From an uncultured Planctomycetota bacterium (GTDB taxonomy: Bacteria; Planctomycetota; Planctomycetia; Pirellulales; Lacipirellulaceae): a DNA stretch of 64,000 nt. Each line of letters starts with the position of its first letter. Position 1 is the stretch's first letter. Positions 7,964-18,568 of this stretch are shown piece by piece. The notes under the pieces are model-generated. The model was given only the letters and a program-made list of their open reading frames with translations, did no database searches and was not told the origin of the DNA. The position numbers and the translations under genes were made by a program. Location: contig CAVRBU010000006.1 in the NCBI GenBank assembly GCA_963719315.1, forward strand, positions 128,001 through 192,000, written 5' to 3'.

Positions 7964-10900
7964 TCAGGAACAGCCCATGCTGCTGCCGCAGTTGTGGCAG
8001 AGGTAACAATTGCCGGCGCGGACGGTGATGGCGCCGCACGCGTCGCAGGCCGGGGCGTCCGATTGGAAGTCGGCGAATTGCTCGCTGCGGGCGGTGTTGG
8101 GGCCCGTGTCTTTGAGCAGAATTCCGGCGCGGGCTAAGAGCGCTGCGCTGATTTCGGAGTGGCCGTTGCCGTTCGTGTGACCGTTGCCATTGCCGTTGGT
8201 GTGGCCGTTGGCGGCGGGAGGTGTCGGGTGTCGGGTGTCGGGTGTCGGGGAGGCCAGCGTCGCCGTGGCGCCGTCGTCCTTGCGCTTGCTGGTTTCGGTC
8301 TTGGGACCCGCTTTGTCCGCGACCGGCGGTCGCGACTTTATGCTTTTGTCCTGCACTCCGAACCCTGAACCCTGAACCCCTGGCTCCTCGCTTGCTTCGG
8401 CACTCGGCAGCACGCCCATGCTGGCTTCTTTGTAGCCCGGCAGGAACGTGTTGCCCATCCAGCGGAAGATGTAGTCGATCAGGCTCTTTGCGATGCGGAT
8501 ATCCGGGTTCTTGGTGTACCCCTGCGGCTCGAAGCGCATGTGGCTGAACTTGCGGACGTAATCTTCGAGCGGGACGCCGTATTGCAGGCTCATCGAAACG
8601 CTGGTTCCGAAAGCGTCCATCAGGCCGCCGATCGTGCTGCCTTCTTTGGCCATCGTGAGGAACAGCTCGCCGGGGCGGCCGTCGGGAAAGAGGCCGACGG
8701 TGATGTAACCCTCGTGGCCGGCGACATTGAACTTGTGGGTGATGCTTTGCCGCGTATCGGGCAAGCGTTCGCGGCGCGGCTTGGCGACCAGCGCGGCCGC
8801 GGCGGCTGCACGTTGGCCTTCGGAGCTGGTGGCAAGCGGCTGGCTTTCCTTCGAGCCGTCGCGGTAGATGGCGAGTGCTTTGAGGCCGAGCTTCCAGCCG
8901 TCGAAGTAGGCCTTGGCGATGTCCTCGGTCGTGGTGTCGCGTGGCATGTTCACCGTCTTCGAGATGGCGCCCGAGAGAAACGGTTGGGCGGCGGCCATCA
9001 TCAGGATGTGGGCTTGCCAGGCGATCGAGCGTTTGCCGTTCCGCGGTTGGAACGCGCAGTCGAACACGCTGAGGTGCTCTTCCTTCACGTCGGGCGAGCC
9101 TTCGATCGTGTCGTGCTCGTTGATGTAGGCCAGGATCGAGCCGATTTGCGGCTGATCGTAGCCGAGCGTCGTGAGCGCCAGCGGCACGGTTTGATTGACG
9201 ATCTTGAGCATGCCGCCGCCGGCGAGCTGCTTGTACTTCACCAGCGCGATATCGGGCTCGATGCCGGTGGTGTCGCAATCCATCATGAAGCTGATCGTGC
9301 CGGTGGGCGCGAGCACGGTGGCCTGCGCATTGCGAAAGCCGTGGACGCGGCCGACGGCTAGCACATCGTCCCACGTGCGGCGGGCCGCTTCTTGCATGTA
9401 TGGCGGGCACTCGGGGTTGATGTCCTCCACGGCATCGCGATGCATTTGCATCACGCGCAAGAACGGCTCGGCGTTCTTTTCGTACTCATCGAACGGGCCG
9501 ACGGCTTCAGCCAGCTCGGCGCTGGTGAGGTTCGCGGCGCCGTGCAGCAGCGCGGTGACCGCGCCGCACACGCCGCGGGCTTCGTCCGAATCGTAAGCGG
9601 TGCCCTCGGACATCAGCAGGCTGCCGAGGTTCGAGTAGCCGAGACCGAGCGGCCGGAACAGGTGGCTGTTGCGGGCGATGTCGGGCGTCGGGTAACTGGC
9701 GTGGTCGACCAGGATTTCCTGGGCGATGAAGTAGATGCGGCAGGCCGCTTTGAAGCGCTCGGCGTCGAACACGCCGTCGGCCTTGCGGAACTTCATCAGG
9801 TTGATGCTGGCCAGGTTGCAGGCCGTGTCGTCGAGGAACATGTACTCGGAGCAGGGATTCGACGCGTTGATGCGGCCGCTGTTGGGGCAGGTGTGCCAGC
9901 GGTTGATCGTCGTGTCGTACTGCACGCCGGGGTCGCCGCAGTGCCACGCGCAATCGGCCATGCGGTCCATGATTTCGCGGGCCGGGTAAGTCGGGCCGGG
10001 CTGCTTCGGATCGGTGACCCAGTGGGTCGTCCAATCTTCATTCTTCTCGACGGCTTGCATGAAGTCGTCAGTGACGCGAACCGAAAGGTTCGCGTTCTGA
10101 AACATGATTGAACTGTAGGCCTCGCCGTTGAAGTTGGCTTCGTAGCCGCCCTTCTCGATGAGGACGTGGGCCTTCTTTTCTTCCTTCCACTTGCACTCGA
10201 TGAATTCCATGACATCGGGATGCCAGACTTTCAACGACTGCATCTTGGCGGCGCGGCGGGTTTTGCCGCCGCTCTTGACCACGGCCGCGACCTGGTCGTA
10301 GACGCGCATGAAGGAGAGGGGGCCGCTGGGCTTGCCGCCGCCGGCCAGCTTTTCACGATGCGAACGGAGCGTGCTGAGGTCTGTGCCGGTGCCGCTGCCG
10401 AACTTGAAGAGCATGGCCTCGCTGCGGGCAAGCTCCATGATGTCTTCCATGTTGTCGGCCACGTGCTGGATGAAGCACGCGCTGCCTTGCGGGTATTCAT
10501 AAGGATTCTCGGGCTGCACGACGGTTGCGCGTTTGCGAGTCCCAGCGCCAGTTGCACTTCGAGCCTTCGACGCCGTACTGGTGGTACAGGCCGACGTTGA
10601 ACCACACGGGCGAATTGAACGCGCCGTGCTGATGGAGGCAGAGCCAGGCGAGATCGCGGTAGAAGCGTTCGCCGTCTTGCGCGCTAGCGAAGTAGCCGTC
10701 TTCGAGGCCCCAATCGGCGATCGTGCGGGCGACGCGGTGGACGAGTTGCTTGACACTGTATTCGCGCTGCGGCGTACCGTTTTCGCCGTAGAAGTATTTG
10801 CTGCAGATGACGTTCGTCGCCAGTTGGCTCCAGAACGATGGCACTTCGCAGTTGGTCTGCTCGAAAATTAACTCCCCGTTCTCGCCTTTGATCTGGGCGC

Positions 10901-11042
10901 TGCGAACTTCCCAATCGACGGTGGAGAAGAGATCCTCGATTTCGGTTGGGCAGAATTGGGCGTCGACTTTGAGCCGGCCGTGAAATTTCTTGTTGATGGA
11001 ATGGGAAGCTTTGGGGGAAGTCATGGATTGAGCGGTCGCCAT
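7964..11042 (-). CDS. nrdJ: Vitamin B12-dependent (class II) ribonucleotide reductase; frameshift near 10530
   Basis: FNSPVWFNVG, PQGSACFI, ASNPCSE (catalytic NPCxE), APTGTISFMMDCDTTGIEP, TSCPD-like domain and C-terminal CxxC..CxxC; ORFs 10497-11042 and 7964-10756 join. Confidence 0.95.
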
Positions 11043-11193
11043 CTCGGCACCTCCTGCGCGTTAATGAAGGGGCATCCTACCTAGTGAACACTTGTGCACA
11101 CGTTCACAGATCGTCCGATCTGCGGCAGCGGCACCAGATTTTGGGCCTCGAATGCCCAAAACCCGAAAAAACGGGCTGCTAGCCACGTTGAAA

Positions 11194-11240
11194 CCACAAT
11201 ATATTGTATTCAGTGCCCTTGCGAATACAACATGATGCGG
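11194..11240. promoter_or_regulatory. Tandem NrdR boxes
   Basis: CCACAATATATTGTAT (11194-11209) and ATACAACATGATGCGG (11225-11240), 31 bp apart, resembling acaCwAtATaTwGtgt, upstream of nrdJ. Confidence 0.85.
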
Positions 11241-11655
11241 TTAAGGAGTTTGATCTTACACTCGTTCCTTGGTTCGTCAATGCAACTTCTTGGGCGTCGT
11301 AAGATGCTGTCATACAAGTGGTTGTGGCAAGTGTTAAATTCTAGCGTTGCCAGCGTGAAGGGGGTGTGAATGCGCGAAAACCACGGGAAAAACCAAGCGA
11401 AGTCGCATTTTTGAGTTTGGCCATTTCATCCGCAGCTCGCGCGGGCAAAAAGTTTCGAAAAACTTGGCGTCGGGGGGCTGCCCAGTTTTACTCGTCCGCC
11501 CAATCGATTGTTTTTCACGATTTGATAGTTGAGTTTGTCGCGCGTGGGTGAGTTTGCGGCGGTTGCCGTGCGCGGATTGAGTTGCTGAGGAATCCGCGGC
11601 GGATTGTCACTTTAAGCGGCGGCGTGCTCGGGCATCGGCAATACTTGTGATGAAT

Positions 11656-11729
11656 GTAGGGTGTGTCGAGTCCGCGAGGCACACCATCCACAGTTCGCGG
11701 TGTGTCTTACGGACTCGACACACCCCACC
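11656..11729. repeat. GTAG-type REP doublet (REPIN-like)
   Basis: tgtagggtgtgtcgagtccgcgaggcacacc ... ggtgtgtcttacggactcgacacaccccac; related half copies near 38559 and 40216. Confidence 0.75.
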
Positions 11730-11751
11730 AAAGCCCGGACGGACCCGGTCG

Positions 11752-13449
11752 ATGGAAACGAAATTCTATCTTGCTCGGCGTGCGCGAACGCGAATTGCGT
11801 TGTCTTTTGTTGCTGCGCTGCTGCTAATTCTTTCATCGAATGTGGGTTGCTCGCTGGTTGGTTCGCGGAGCCAATGGAGCGCGCCCGAGCTTTATTCACC
11901 GGGCCTTGAGGTCGGAGCGCCGGGCGATTTTCTGATGTGTGCGGAGGCGCAGTATGCGGCCGGGCGGCAGGCCGAGGCGGCCGGCGATGCGGCGTGCATC
12001 GACCGGTATTTCGCGGCGGCGTCGCTGTCGTGGCCGTATTACGTGGCAGGCGCGGCCGCGGCCGATAATCGCGCGGTGGAGCTGTATCGATCGGCGGTCG
12101 ATTCGTTGATCGAATCGGCGGTGCGATTTGGCCGATTCCATCGCACGCAGGGAGTGCTGCTGGCGAGTGGGCAAGTCGTACCGGTTCGGTACTACGGCTT
12201 CGTCTGGCAGCCGGACGATTTTTGCACATTTCTGCCGGTTGGATCTTATGATACGTCTCGGTTGACGAATCGGTACGTGACGGCGGGCGTCGGCGTACCA
12301 TACGTGGTGCTATCGACGACTCCGCCGCGGCATGCGTTCACTGCTTTTGCGCAACCGTTTGCGGCGACGGCATTGGTTTCGCCGGCTGCATCGCAGGGCG
12401 GGTTTGCGCTCGAATTCTATGACCCGCTGCGAACGAGCACGACGGCCGGCGGCATGCCCATCGCGCGCGATCTTACGGCGCCGATTGCCTACGCCGCCTC
12501 GCGGGAAACCGATGCCTGGCTGGACGACTTCTTGCGGCCCGATCACGACGATGCGCTGGACGGTCTGCACATGCGCGAGCCGTTTCAGTCGGGTAAAATC
12601 CCAGTCGTATTCATCCACGGCCTGGCGTCCGACCCGCTTACGTGGGCTCAACTTGAAAACGACTTGCGAGCGCAGCCGGCAATTTTCAATCGGTATCAGT
12701 TTTGGTTCTTCCGGTACGACACGGGTGATCCGTTTCTGTCGAGCGCCGCTCGCCTTCGCCGGCAACTGGCGGTGCTGCGTCAAGCGTATGACCCGCTGCG
12801 CTGTGATCCGAACCTGTCGCAAATGGTGCTCATCGGGCACAGCATGGGCGGGCTGCTTGCGCAAATGCAGGTGACGTACAGCGGCGATCTCATCTGGCAA
12901 GCCGCGGCAAAGCAGCCGTTCAACACGATTGTCACCGACCCGGCAACGCGGGCCGATCTGGCGGCCGCGTTTTTCTTTCGGCCGTCGTCCGATATCAGCC
13001 GCGTGATTTACATCGCCACACCCCACCGCGGCTCGAGCGACGCGACACGGCTTGTCGGACGCATCAGTTCGGCGCTCATCCAGGAACGGCCCGATTGGGC
13101 TCCGCGCCATGCGCAACTGGTGCGCGACAATCCCTGCGCATTTCGCGAAGAGTTGCGGCGCGGAATACCGAACAGCGTCGACTTGTTGGAGCCAGGCAGC
13201 CTCATTCTGCAAGCGACGGACCGATTGCCATACCGCCAGGGCGTCGCGCTACACACAATTCTGGGTGATGACCGCTGGTCGCCGGGACAGGGGCCTTCGG
13301 ATGGTGTGGTTCCCGTTTCGAGCTCCCGATTGGGCGGCGGGCAGAGCGAGTTGGTGGTTGACGCGAAGCACACGTACGTGCAGCGAGATCCGGATTCAGT
13401 CCGCGAGGTAATGTGCATCCTGATGCGGCACGCGGCTGGGATCCAGTGA
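11752..13449 (+). CDS. Secreted/lipoprotein alpha/beta hydrolase (esterase/lipase-like)
   Basis: Signal peptide ending NVGC; VFIHGLAS, GHSMGG nucleophile elbow, ATPHRGS, SDGVVP, terminal His. Confidence 0.85.
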   Translation: METKFYLARRARTRIALSFVAALLLILSSNVGCSLVGSRSQWSAPELYSPGLEVGAPGDFLMCAEAQYAAGRQAEAAGDAACIDRYFAAASLSWPYYVAGAAAADNRAVELYRSAVDSLIESAVRFGRFHRTQGVLLASGQVVPVRYYGFVWQPDDFCTFLPVGSYDTSRLTNRYVTAGVGVPYVVLSTTPPRHAFTAFAQPFAATALVSPAASQGGFALEFYDPLRTSTTAGGMPIARDLTAPIAYAASRETDAWLDDFLRPDHDDALDGLHMREPFQSGKIPVVFIHGLASDPLTWAQLENDLRAQPAIFNRYQFWFFRYDTGDPFLSSAARLRRQLAVLRQAYDPLRCDPNLSQMVLIGHSMGGLLAQMQVTYSGDLIWQAAAKQPFNTIVTDPATRADLAAAFFFRPSSDISRVIYIATPHRGSSDATRLVGRISSALIQERPDWAPRHAQLVRDNPCAFREELRRGIPNSVDLLEPGSLILQATDRLPYRQGVALHTILGDDRWSPGQGPSDGVVPVSSSRLGGGQSELVVDAKHTYVQRDPDSVREVMCILMRHAAGIQ

Positions 13450-13645
13450 AAAAAATTGGCTAGCATTTCAGCCAGAGGCGTGTCCCCACGTGTGGGGCAG
13501 TTATGGTAAAGTATTTGCAATCGCTAGCTCGGCAGGCCGGATCGGGCAGGCGACGGTGCGAGATTATTGGGAATTCCTGGCGGCCGGGCGGAATGACGGC
13601 TGCTTGTTTGGCGAATAACGATCGGGCAAGCGATCCTCGGTAGGT

Positions 13646-13740
13646 TGTGGGAGGACTCTCCGAAGCCGAGGGCGTGCTCTATATTGACGAGTGTCATCGG
13701 CGTCAGAGACGCCTCACGCAAGTTAGCCTCCCGCAAGTTA
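13646..13740. repeat. GTGGGAGG-type REP doublet
   Basis: tgtgggaggactctccgaagccga ... tcggcgtcagagacgcctcacgc, with a 15-bp tandem duplication at the right end; sister copy at 44954-45116. Confidence 0.7.
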
Positions 13741-13759
13741 TTTGTTGGTCGGTCAATCT

Positions 13760-15018
13760 ATGATGTGGCCACGTAAGCAATTGGATATCGGTTGGGCGGA
13801 CCTGGCCTACGGCTTGGTGCAGACGGTCGCGTCACGGTCGCGGCCATCGGCGGCGCAGATCGTCGGGGCCGGATGGGTACCGGGTCGCGAGGCCATTGTT
13901 GCGCTTTCGGTGCGAACCGGATGGGATTTGTTGCTGACGGCGCTCGCGTTGCCGGCGGGCAGTGAGGTGATTACGTCGGCCGTCACGATCCCGGACATGA
14001 TGCGGATCATTGAGGAACACGGTCTCGCGCCGGTGCCGGTGGACGTGGACGCGGCGGGGTTGGAACTCGATGTCGAGCAGTTGGAGGCGCTCGATTACAC
14101 CGAGAACGCGGGCGATTCTCGTGGCGCATTTGTTCGGCAGCCGCGTTGCGATGGGGCCGATCATCGAATTGGCGCGGCGGCACGATTTGCTGGTGGTCGA
14201 AGATTGCGCAGGCATTCGTGGGACGCGAATACGCGGGGCATGCGGAATCGGATTGTGCGCTGTTCAGCTTTGGACCGATCAAGACGGCGACCTCTCTTGG
14301 CGGCGCGGTGGTGCGCGTGCGCGATGATGTGCTGCGAACGCGAATGGCCGAGTTGCAGCAGACGTACCCGGTGCAGAGCCGATTGGCCTACGCGCGGCGG
14401 CTGGCCAAATATGCGGGCTTTTGCGTGCTGAGCAAGCCGCGGGTGTATGGACTGGCGGTCCGCGCCTTGGAGTGGATGGGCATTGACTACGACTTGGCGC
14501 TCGCCAATGCGGCCCACTCGTTTCGCGCGAGCGATTTTTTCACGCAGATTCGGCGGCAGCCGTGCGTACCGCTGATGCGGATGCTTCAGCGCCGAATCGG
14601 CACGTTCGATCGACGCGGCGCGTCTCGGTTGCGACGTCGCACGGAACGGGGAGATGAGTTGTCGCGGGGGCTGGCCGCGGGCATGGTTGTCGGCGAACAG
14701 AATCCGACGCAGACCTACTGGGTAGTGCCGGTGCAAGTCGGCAATCGCGAGGCCGTGCTCGCGGCATTGCGCGGCGCCGGGTTCGACGCGACGCTGCGAT
14801 CGAGCCTGATCGTGGTAGCGAATCCGAACGGTTTGTCCGCGGGCGATATTCGGCTGGCGCATTGGCTGGCGAACATCGTGTTCATGCCGTGTGGCGAAGA
14901 CGTGCCCGACCGCGAATGGCAGCGGCTGATCTCGATCGTGGGCCAGGTCGCTGTCGCTGCGGAGTTGAACTCGACGCGCGAACTTGCGGCGCTGTCGGCT
15001 GTCTCTAGCGCATCATGA
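13760..15018 (+). CDS. DegT/DnrJ-like PLP-dependent aminotransferase family protein, two frameshifts (about 14095 and 14210)
   Basis: GSEVITSAVTIPDM, RAILVAHLFG, VVEDCA/QAF, FSFGPIKTATSLGG distributed over three frames. Confidence 0.78.
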
Positions 15019-15818
15019 CGGCCGAAACGACGCCTTATCACTGGAACACATCGGCTGCGGCCGAGGCGTACGACCAGGCGGCGCTGGCCATTCATCCGTA
15101 TTATGTCGCGGTACAGGATCAGATTCTCGACCTTTTGCCGTTTGGCCCTGCGGAGCCATTTGACCTGGTGGATTTGGGCGGTGGGTCGGGGCGGCTGGCG
15201 GAGCGCGTGCTGGAGCGGTTTGTCGGCGCGGGTGACGGTGGTTGATCAATCGGAGCCGTTTTTGCGCTGGCCGAGCGGCGCTTGGCGCGGTTTGGCGAGC
15301 GGGCGGCCGTTCTTCAATGCCGGTTGCAGGATTGGCCATGTAGTCGCGTTTCTCCGAAACGCGATCGAGTTTCGGAGAAACTCGACTACGTGGATGCGAT
15401 CGTCAGCACGTCGGCCATTCATCACTTGGAGCCGGCGGAAAAGCAGGCGCTATTTGCGCAATGTTATGAAGCGCTCGCACCGGGCGGCACATTCATCAAC
15501 GGTGACGAGTATCGACCGGCCGATGATGGCGAATACTTGGCGCTGTTCAAAGAATGGTCGGCCCACATGAGCGCGGCGATCGAGGACGGGCGGATTCCGG
15601 AAGAATTCCGCGCAACGCTAGACTATTGGCACGACCGTAACATCCGCCGTTTCGGCGAGCCGAAGGCGAGCGGTGACGATTGCCATGAGACGGTGGCGGC
15701 CCAGATCGGTTATTTGCATGACGCTGGCTTTGCAGAGGTCGAGACCGTGCGGGCCGAGAAGTTTTGGGCCGTTTTGGTCGGACGCAAACTAAGAACCTCT
15801 AACAAAACCCTTCGGTGA
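15015..15818 (+). CDS. Class I SAM-dependent methyltransferase; frameshifted, and last codons displaced by the IS
   Basis: VDLGGGSG, VTVVDQSEPFL, STSAIHHL, LAPGGTFINGD; removing the IS restores ...GRKLNVVQ*. Confidence 0.78.
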
Positions 15819-16759
15819 GTATGTTGAAGCAGATGAGAGATTGAGCCAGAGTCACAAAGGCTTTATGGATATCGGCCCTCCGATCAAATCGCGTTCGCAG
15901 CCGCCGGAAATTATTCATCCAACTGAGCGTACGTTCGGAAACCCAACGATAAATTCCTAGGCCGCTGCCATGTTCCGTATTGCGTTTAGCCAAGTGGGGT
16001 TTGATGCCGCGATCGCGGAGTGCTTGTCGGTGCTTTTCGGAGTCGTACGCCCGATCCGCATACACCTCTTCCGGACGCTGTTTCGGCCGGCCCGGTTTGC
16101 CCGCCACCGGCTCGATTCCGTCAATCAACGGGATCAGTTGGGTCACGTCGTGTCGATTGGCGGCGGTGAGAATGAATTTGAGCGGGACGCCGTTCGCATC
16201 GGTGACCACATGATGTTTACTGCCGGGTTTTCGCCGATCCGTTGGGTTCGGTCCCGTTTTTTCGCCGCCCCCTACAGCACGAACCGTCGCACTATCGACT
16301 GCCGCTCGCGACCAATCGAGTTGATCGGCGCTGCGCAGATTCTCCAACAATGTTTGTTTCAACGCCTCCCAGACGCCTGCTTCGTGCCACTCCTGTAACC
16401 GTCGCCAGCAGGTCATTCCAGATCCACATCCCATTTCCAGGGGAAGATATTCCCAAGGAATACCCGTTCGTAAAACAAAAATGATTCCGGTCAAGACTTT
16501 GCGATCATCGATCCGCGGTCGGCCTCCTTTGGGGCTCGGTTCGTGTTCAGGGAGTAAAGGAGACAACATCTCCCACAATTCGTCAGGAACTAATTCTTTA
16601 GCCATCGTTGGTCCTCCAGATAGTTGGTTTCACTCCAAAGGAATTCTGGGGACAATCAACGCCGTGTCACGACTGCAATTTCAAAAACAAGTTTTACATC
16701 TTCCACAACGACTCGAATCAATTACTAGCACTGCTAGTAGACAGTATTGTTAGGGGTTC
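15793..16759 (-). mobile_element. IS5 family insertion sequence (IS427-like)
   Basis: Terminal inverted repeats GAACCTCTAACAA / TTGTTAGGGGTTC; TAA on both flanks (15790-15792, 16760-16762). Confidence 0.9.
15799..16605 (-). CDS. IS5 family transposase
   Basis: DELWE..PLLP, GGRPRIDDR, GIIFVLRTGIPW, AVDS, ADRAYDS, RWVSERTLSW. Confidence 0.95.
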   Translation of the reverse strand: MAKELVPDELWEMLSPLLPEHEPSPKGGRPRIDDRKVLTGIIFVLRTGIPWEYLPLEMGCGSGMTCWRRLQEWHEAGVWEALKQTLLENLRSADQLDWSRAAVDSATVRAVGGGEKTGPNPTDRRKPGSKHHVVTDANGVPLKFILTAANRHDVTQLIPLIDGIEPVAGKPGRPKQRPEEVYADRAYDSEKHRQALRDRGIKPHLAKRNTEHGSGLGIYRWVSERTLSWMNNFRRLRTRFDRRADIHKAFVTLAQSLICFNILTEGFC

Positions 16760-16946
16760 TAAATGTTGTTCAATGACGGTGGGTCCGATTTTGATCTGAA
16801 ACACTGATCCTTGCGAATCAACGCGGATTGGGATTAGAGAGAATTAGCGGAGATGAGTGTTCTCTCTTTTCTTCTCCGCGATCTCCGTGCCTCCGTGGTG
16901 AATGATACCGGAATTGAACGACGAGCCAGCCGTGGCACACGTGCGA

Positions 16947-17258
16947 TCACGCGTACTTCTTGACGGCCTTTTTGATCGCGGGCGCGGCTTTGGCCAGGTC
17001 GCCGTGGATCATTACGGGGTGAAGTTCAATGGCGGCGTTGAAGGCCAGCATCCAGGGCTCGCAGATTGCCGGAATCTGGGACGCATCTTCCAGGTCCAGG
17101 AAGATGTAGCCGGTGCGCTGACCCTTGTCGTCGGAGAAGTAGACGGCTTCCGGCTTCACATCGGCGAGGATGGATTGTATCGTGGTTCCGAGCTTGCCGG
17201 CCTTCGCGGCGGCGTTGCCGGCTTCTACGGGGATGTTGACTTTGAGCAGGATTCGCAT
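16947..17258 (-). CDS. Small conserved hypothetical protein (GYD/DUF3303-like)
   Basis: KPEAVYF..GQRTGYIFLDLEDASQIPAICEPW; GC-rich codon usage like host genes. Confidence 0.7.
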   Translation of the reverse strand: MRILLKVNIPVEAGNAAAKAGKLGTTIQSILADVKPEAVYFSDDKGQRTGYIFLDLEDASQIPAICEPWMLAFNAAIELHPVMIHGDLAKAAPAIKKAVKKYA

Positions 17259-17562
17259 CGATTTGTTCCTTGAATGGATTGACGTAGTTACAGGGAGCCA
17301 AGGCGTCGGATTCTCAAAACTCTTTATGGAACTGGAATACCTTTTTTACCACCGATTTCATGGATCTCACAGATAGTGGTCCCATTCACGCTCCCATCCG
17401 TGCCATCCGTGGTTGATGACTCATAGCTTCTAGCAGCATGAATTAATCGCCAAGAACGCGAAGGACGCCAAGGAAATACATTGTTCTTCACCGCCATGGC
17501 GTTCTTGGCGACTTGGCGGTTCAATTCATTAGCCGTTCAAAATGTATGTCTGATCGCTCCGA

Positions 17563-18177
17563 TCATTCCTGCCGGCGGATGGATGCGAACCAGGACTTTG
17601 GTCCGCCGGCGGAGAACGTGGCGCCCGTGAAATTTGGATTCGTCTCGAACTGCGTGGGTTCGACGGATTCGATCCGCCAGCCGGTGGCGAAGGCGGCGTC
17701 GAGTTCAGCGCGCGTGATCCGGCGCGGGCCGAATTCGCCCGGTTCTTCATTGCTGAAGCACATGAGGAACAGTCGGCCGCCGGGGTTGAGAACTTTTTGC
17801 AGGCCTTCGACATAGCGGCGGCGGTCGGCGTCGGAGAAGACGTGGAACAGGCCGGAGTCGAGGATGGTGTTGAATCGTTCGCCGCTGGCGGAGAGCGCGA
17901 GCGCGTCGACAACGCGGAAGTCGACGGCCAGGCCGCGCTCGGCGGCTTTGGCCCGGGCCCGGCGGATCGGCTCCTCCAAAAAGTCGATCCCAGTGACTTG
18001 GTGGCCGTGCGCGGCAAAGTACAGCGAGGCATCGCCGGTGCCGCAGCCGGCATCGAGCACGGGGCTCGTGACTTGATCGGCGACGGCAATGAACGGCGCT
18101 TGCGGTCGGCCGATGTCCCACGGGGCTTCACCGGCGTAGGCGTCTTTGAACGTCTGTGGGGTGGGGATTTGGGTCAT
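17563..18177 (-). CDS. Class I SAM-dependent methyltransferase
   Basis: APWDIGRPQ, VLDAGCGTG, VTGIDF, ILDSGLFHVF. Confidence 0.9.
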   Translation of the reverse strand: MTQIPTPQTFKDAYAGEAPWDIGRPQAPFIAVADQVTSPVLDAGCGTGDASLYFAAHGHQVTGIDFLEEPIRRARAKAAERGLAVDFRVVDALALSASGERFNTILDSGLFHVFSDADRRRYVEGLQKVLNPGGRLFLMCFSNEEPGEFGPRRITRAELDAAFATGWRIESVEPTQFETNPNFTGATFSAGGPKSWFASIRRQE

Positions 18178-18186
18178 GGTGTTTCC

Positions 18187-18525
18187 TTATGCAATCCGGC
18201 CAATCGGTTGCACGACAACCGCCGTGCCGTAACAGAGGACTTCGGTGGCCGAGCCTTTGCTGACAACCTCCGAGGCGTCGTACCGCATGCCGACGACGGC
18301 ATTCGCGCCGACTTCGAGGGCGTGAGCCAGCAGCAGGTCGTACGCTTGTTGGCGGGCAGTTTCGCACATATCGGTGTAGGCGCCGATGCGGCCGCCGACG
18401 ATGTTTTTCAGGCCGCCGACGATGCCTTGGGCGATCGTGGGGGCCCGGACAATGATGCCGCGGACGACGCCTTTGTACTCGACGATCTCGTGGCCTTCGA
18501 TCGTGAATGTGGTGGTGACGAACAA
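18187..18525 (-). CDS. YbjQ/UPF0145 family protein
   Basis: TTTFTIEGHEIVEYKGVVRG...GANAVVGMRYD...EVLCYGTAV; TTG start after GGAG. Confidence 0.9.
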   Translation of the reverse strand: MFVTTTFTIEGHEIVEYKGVVRGIIVRAPTIAQGIVGGLKNIVGGRIGAYTDMCETARQQAYDLLLAHALEVGANAVVGMRYDASEVVSKGSATEVLCYGTAVVVQPIGRIA

Positions 18526-18568
18526 GCTGAGCTCCGTTTGTAAGAGGTGGGATGCAGGAGGACCGTAG

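Noticed and set aside
6683..8080. nrdJ 3' duplicate as a DGR template/variable repeat pair, given bAvd-like genes in the window
   Set aside because: Differences are mostly synonymous and not confined to adenines, and no reverse transcriptase is present in the window.
11043..11640. Cobalamin riboswitch upstream of nrdJ
   Set aside because: No B12-box or conserved core recognised; NrdR boxes explain the regulation.
11647..11751. N-terminal extension of the hydrolase ORF, and similar extensions at 57208, 61287 and 63301
   Set aside because: These extensions translate REP or heptamer repeats; downstream starts fit better.
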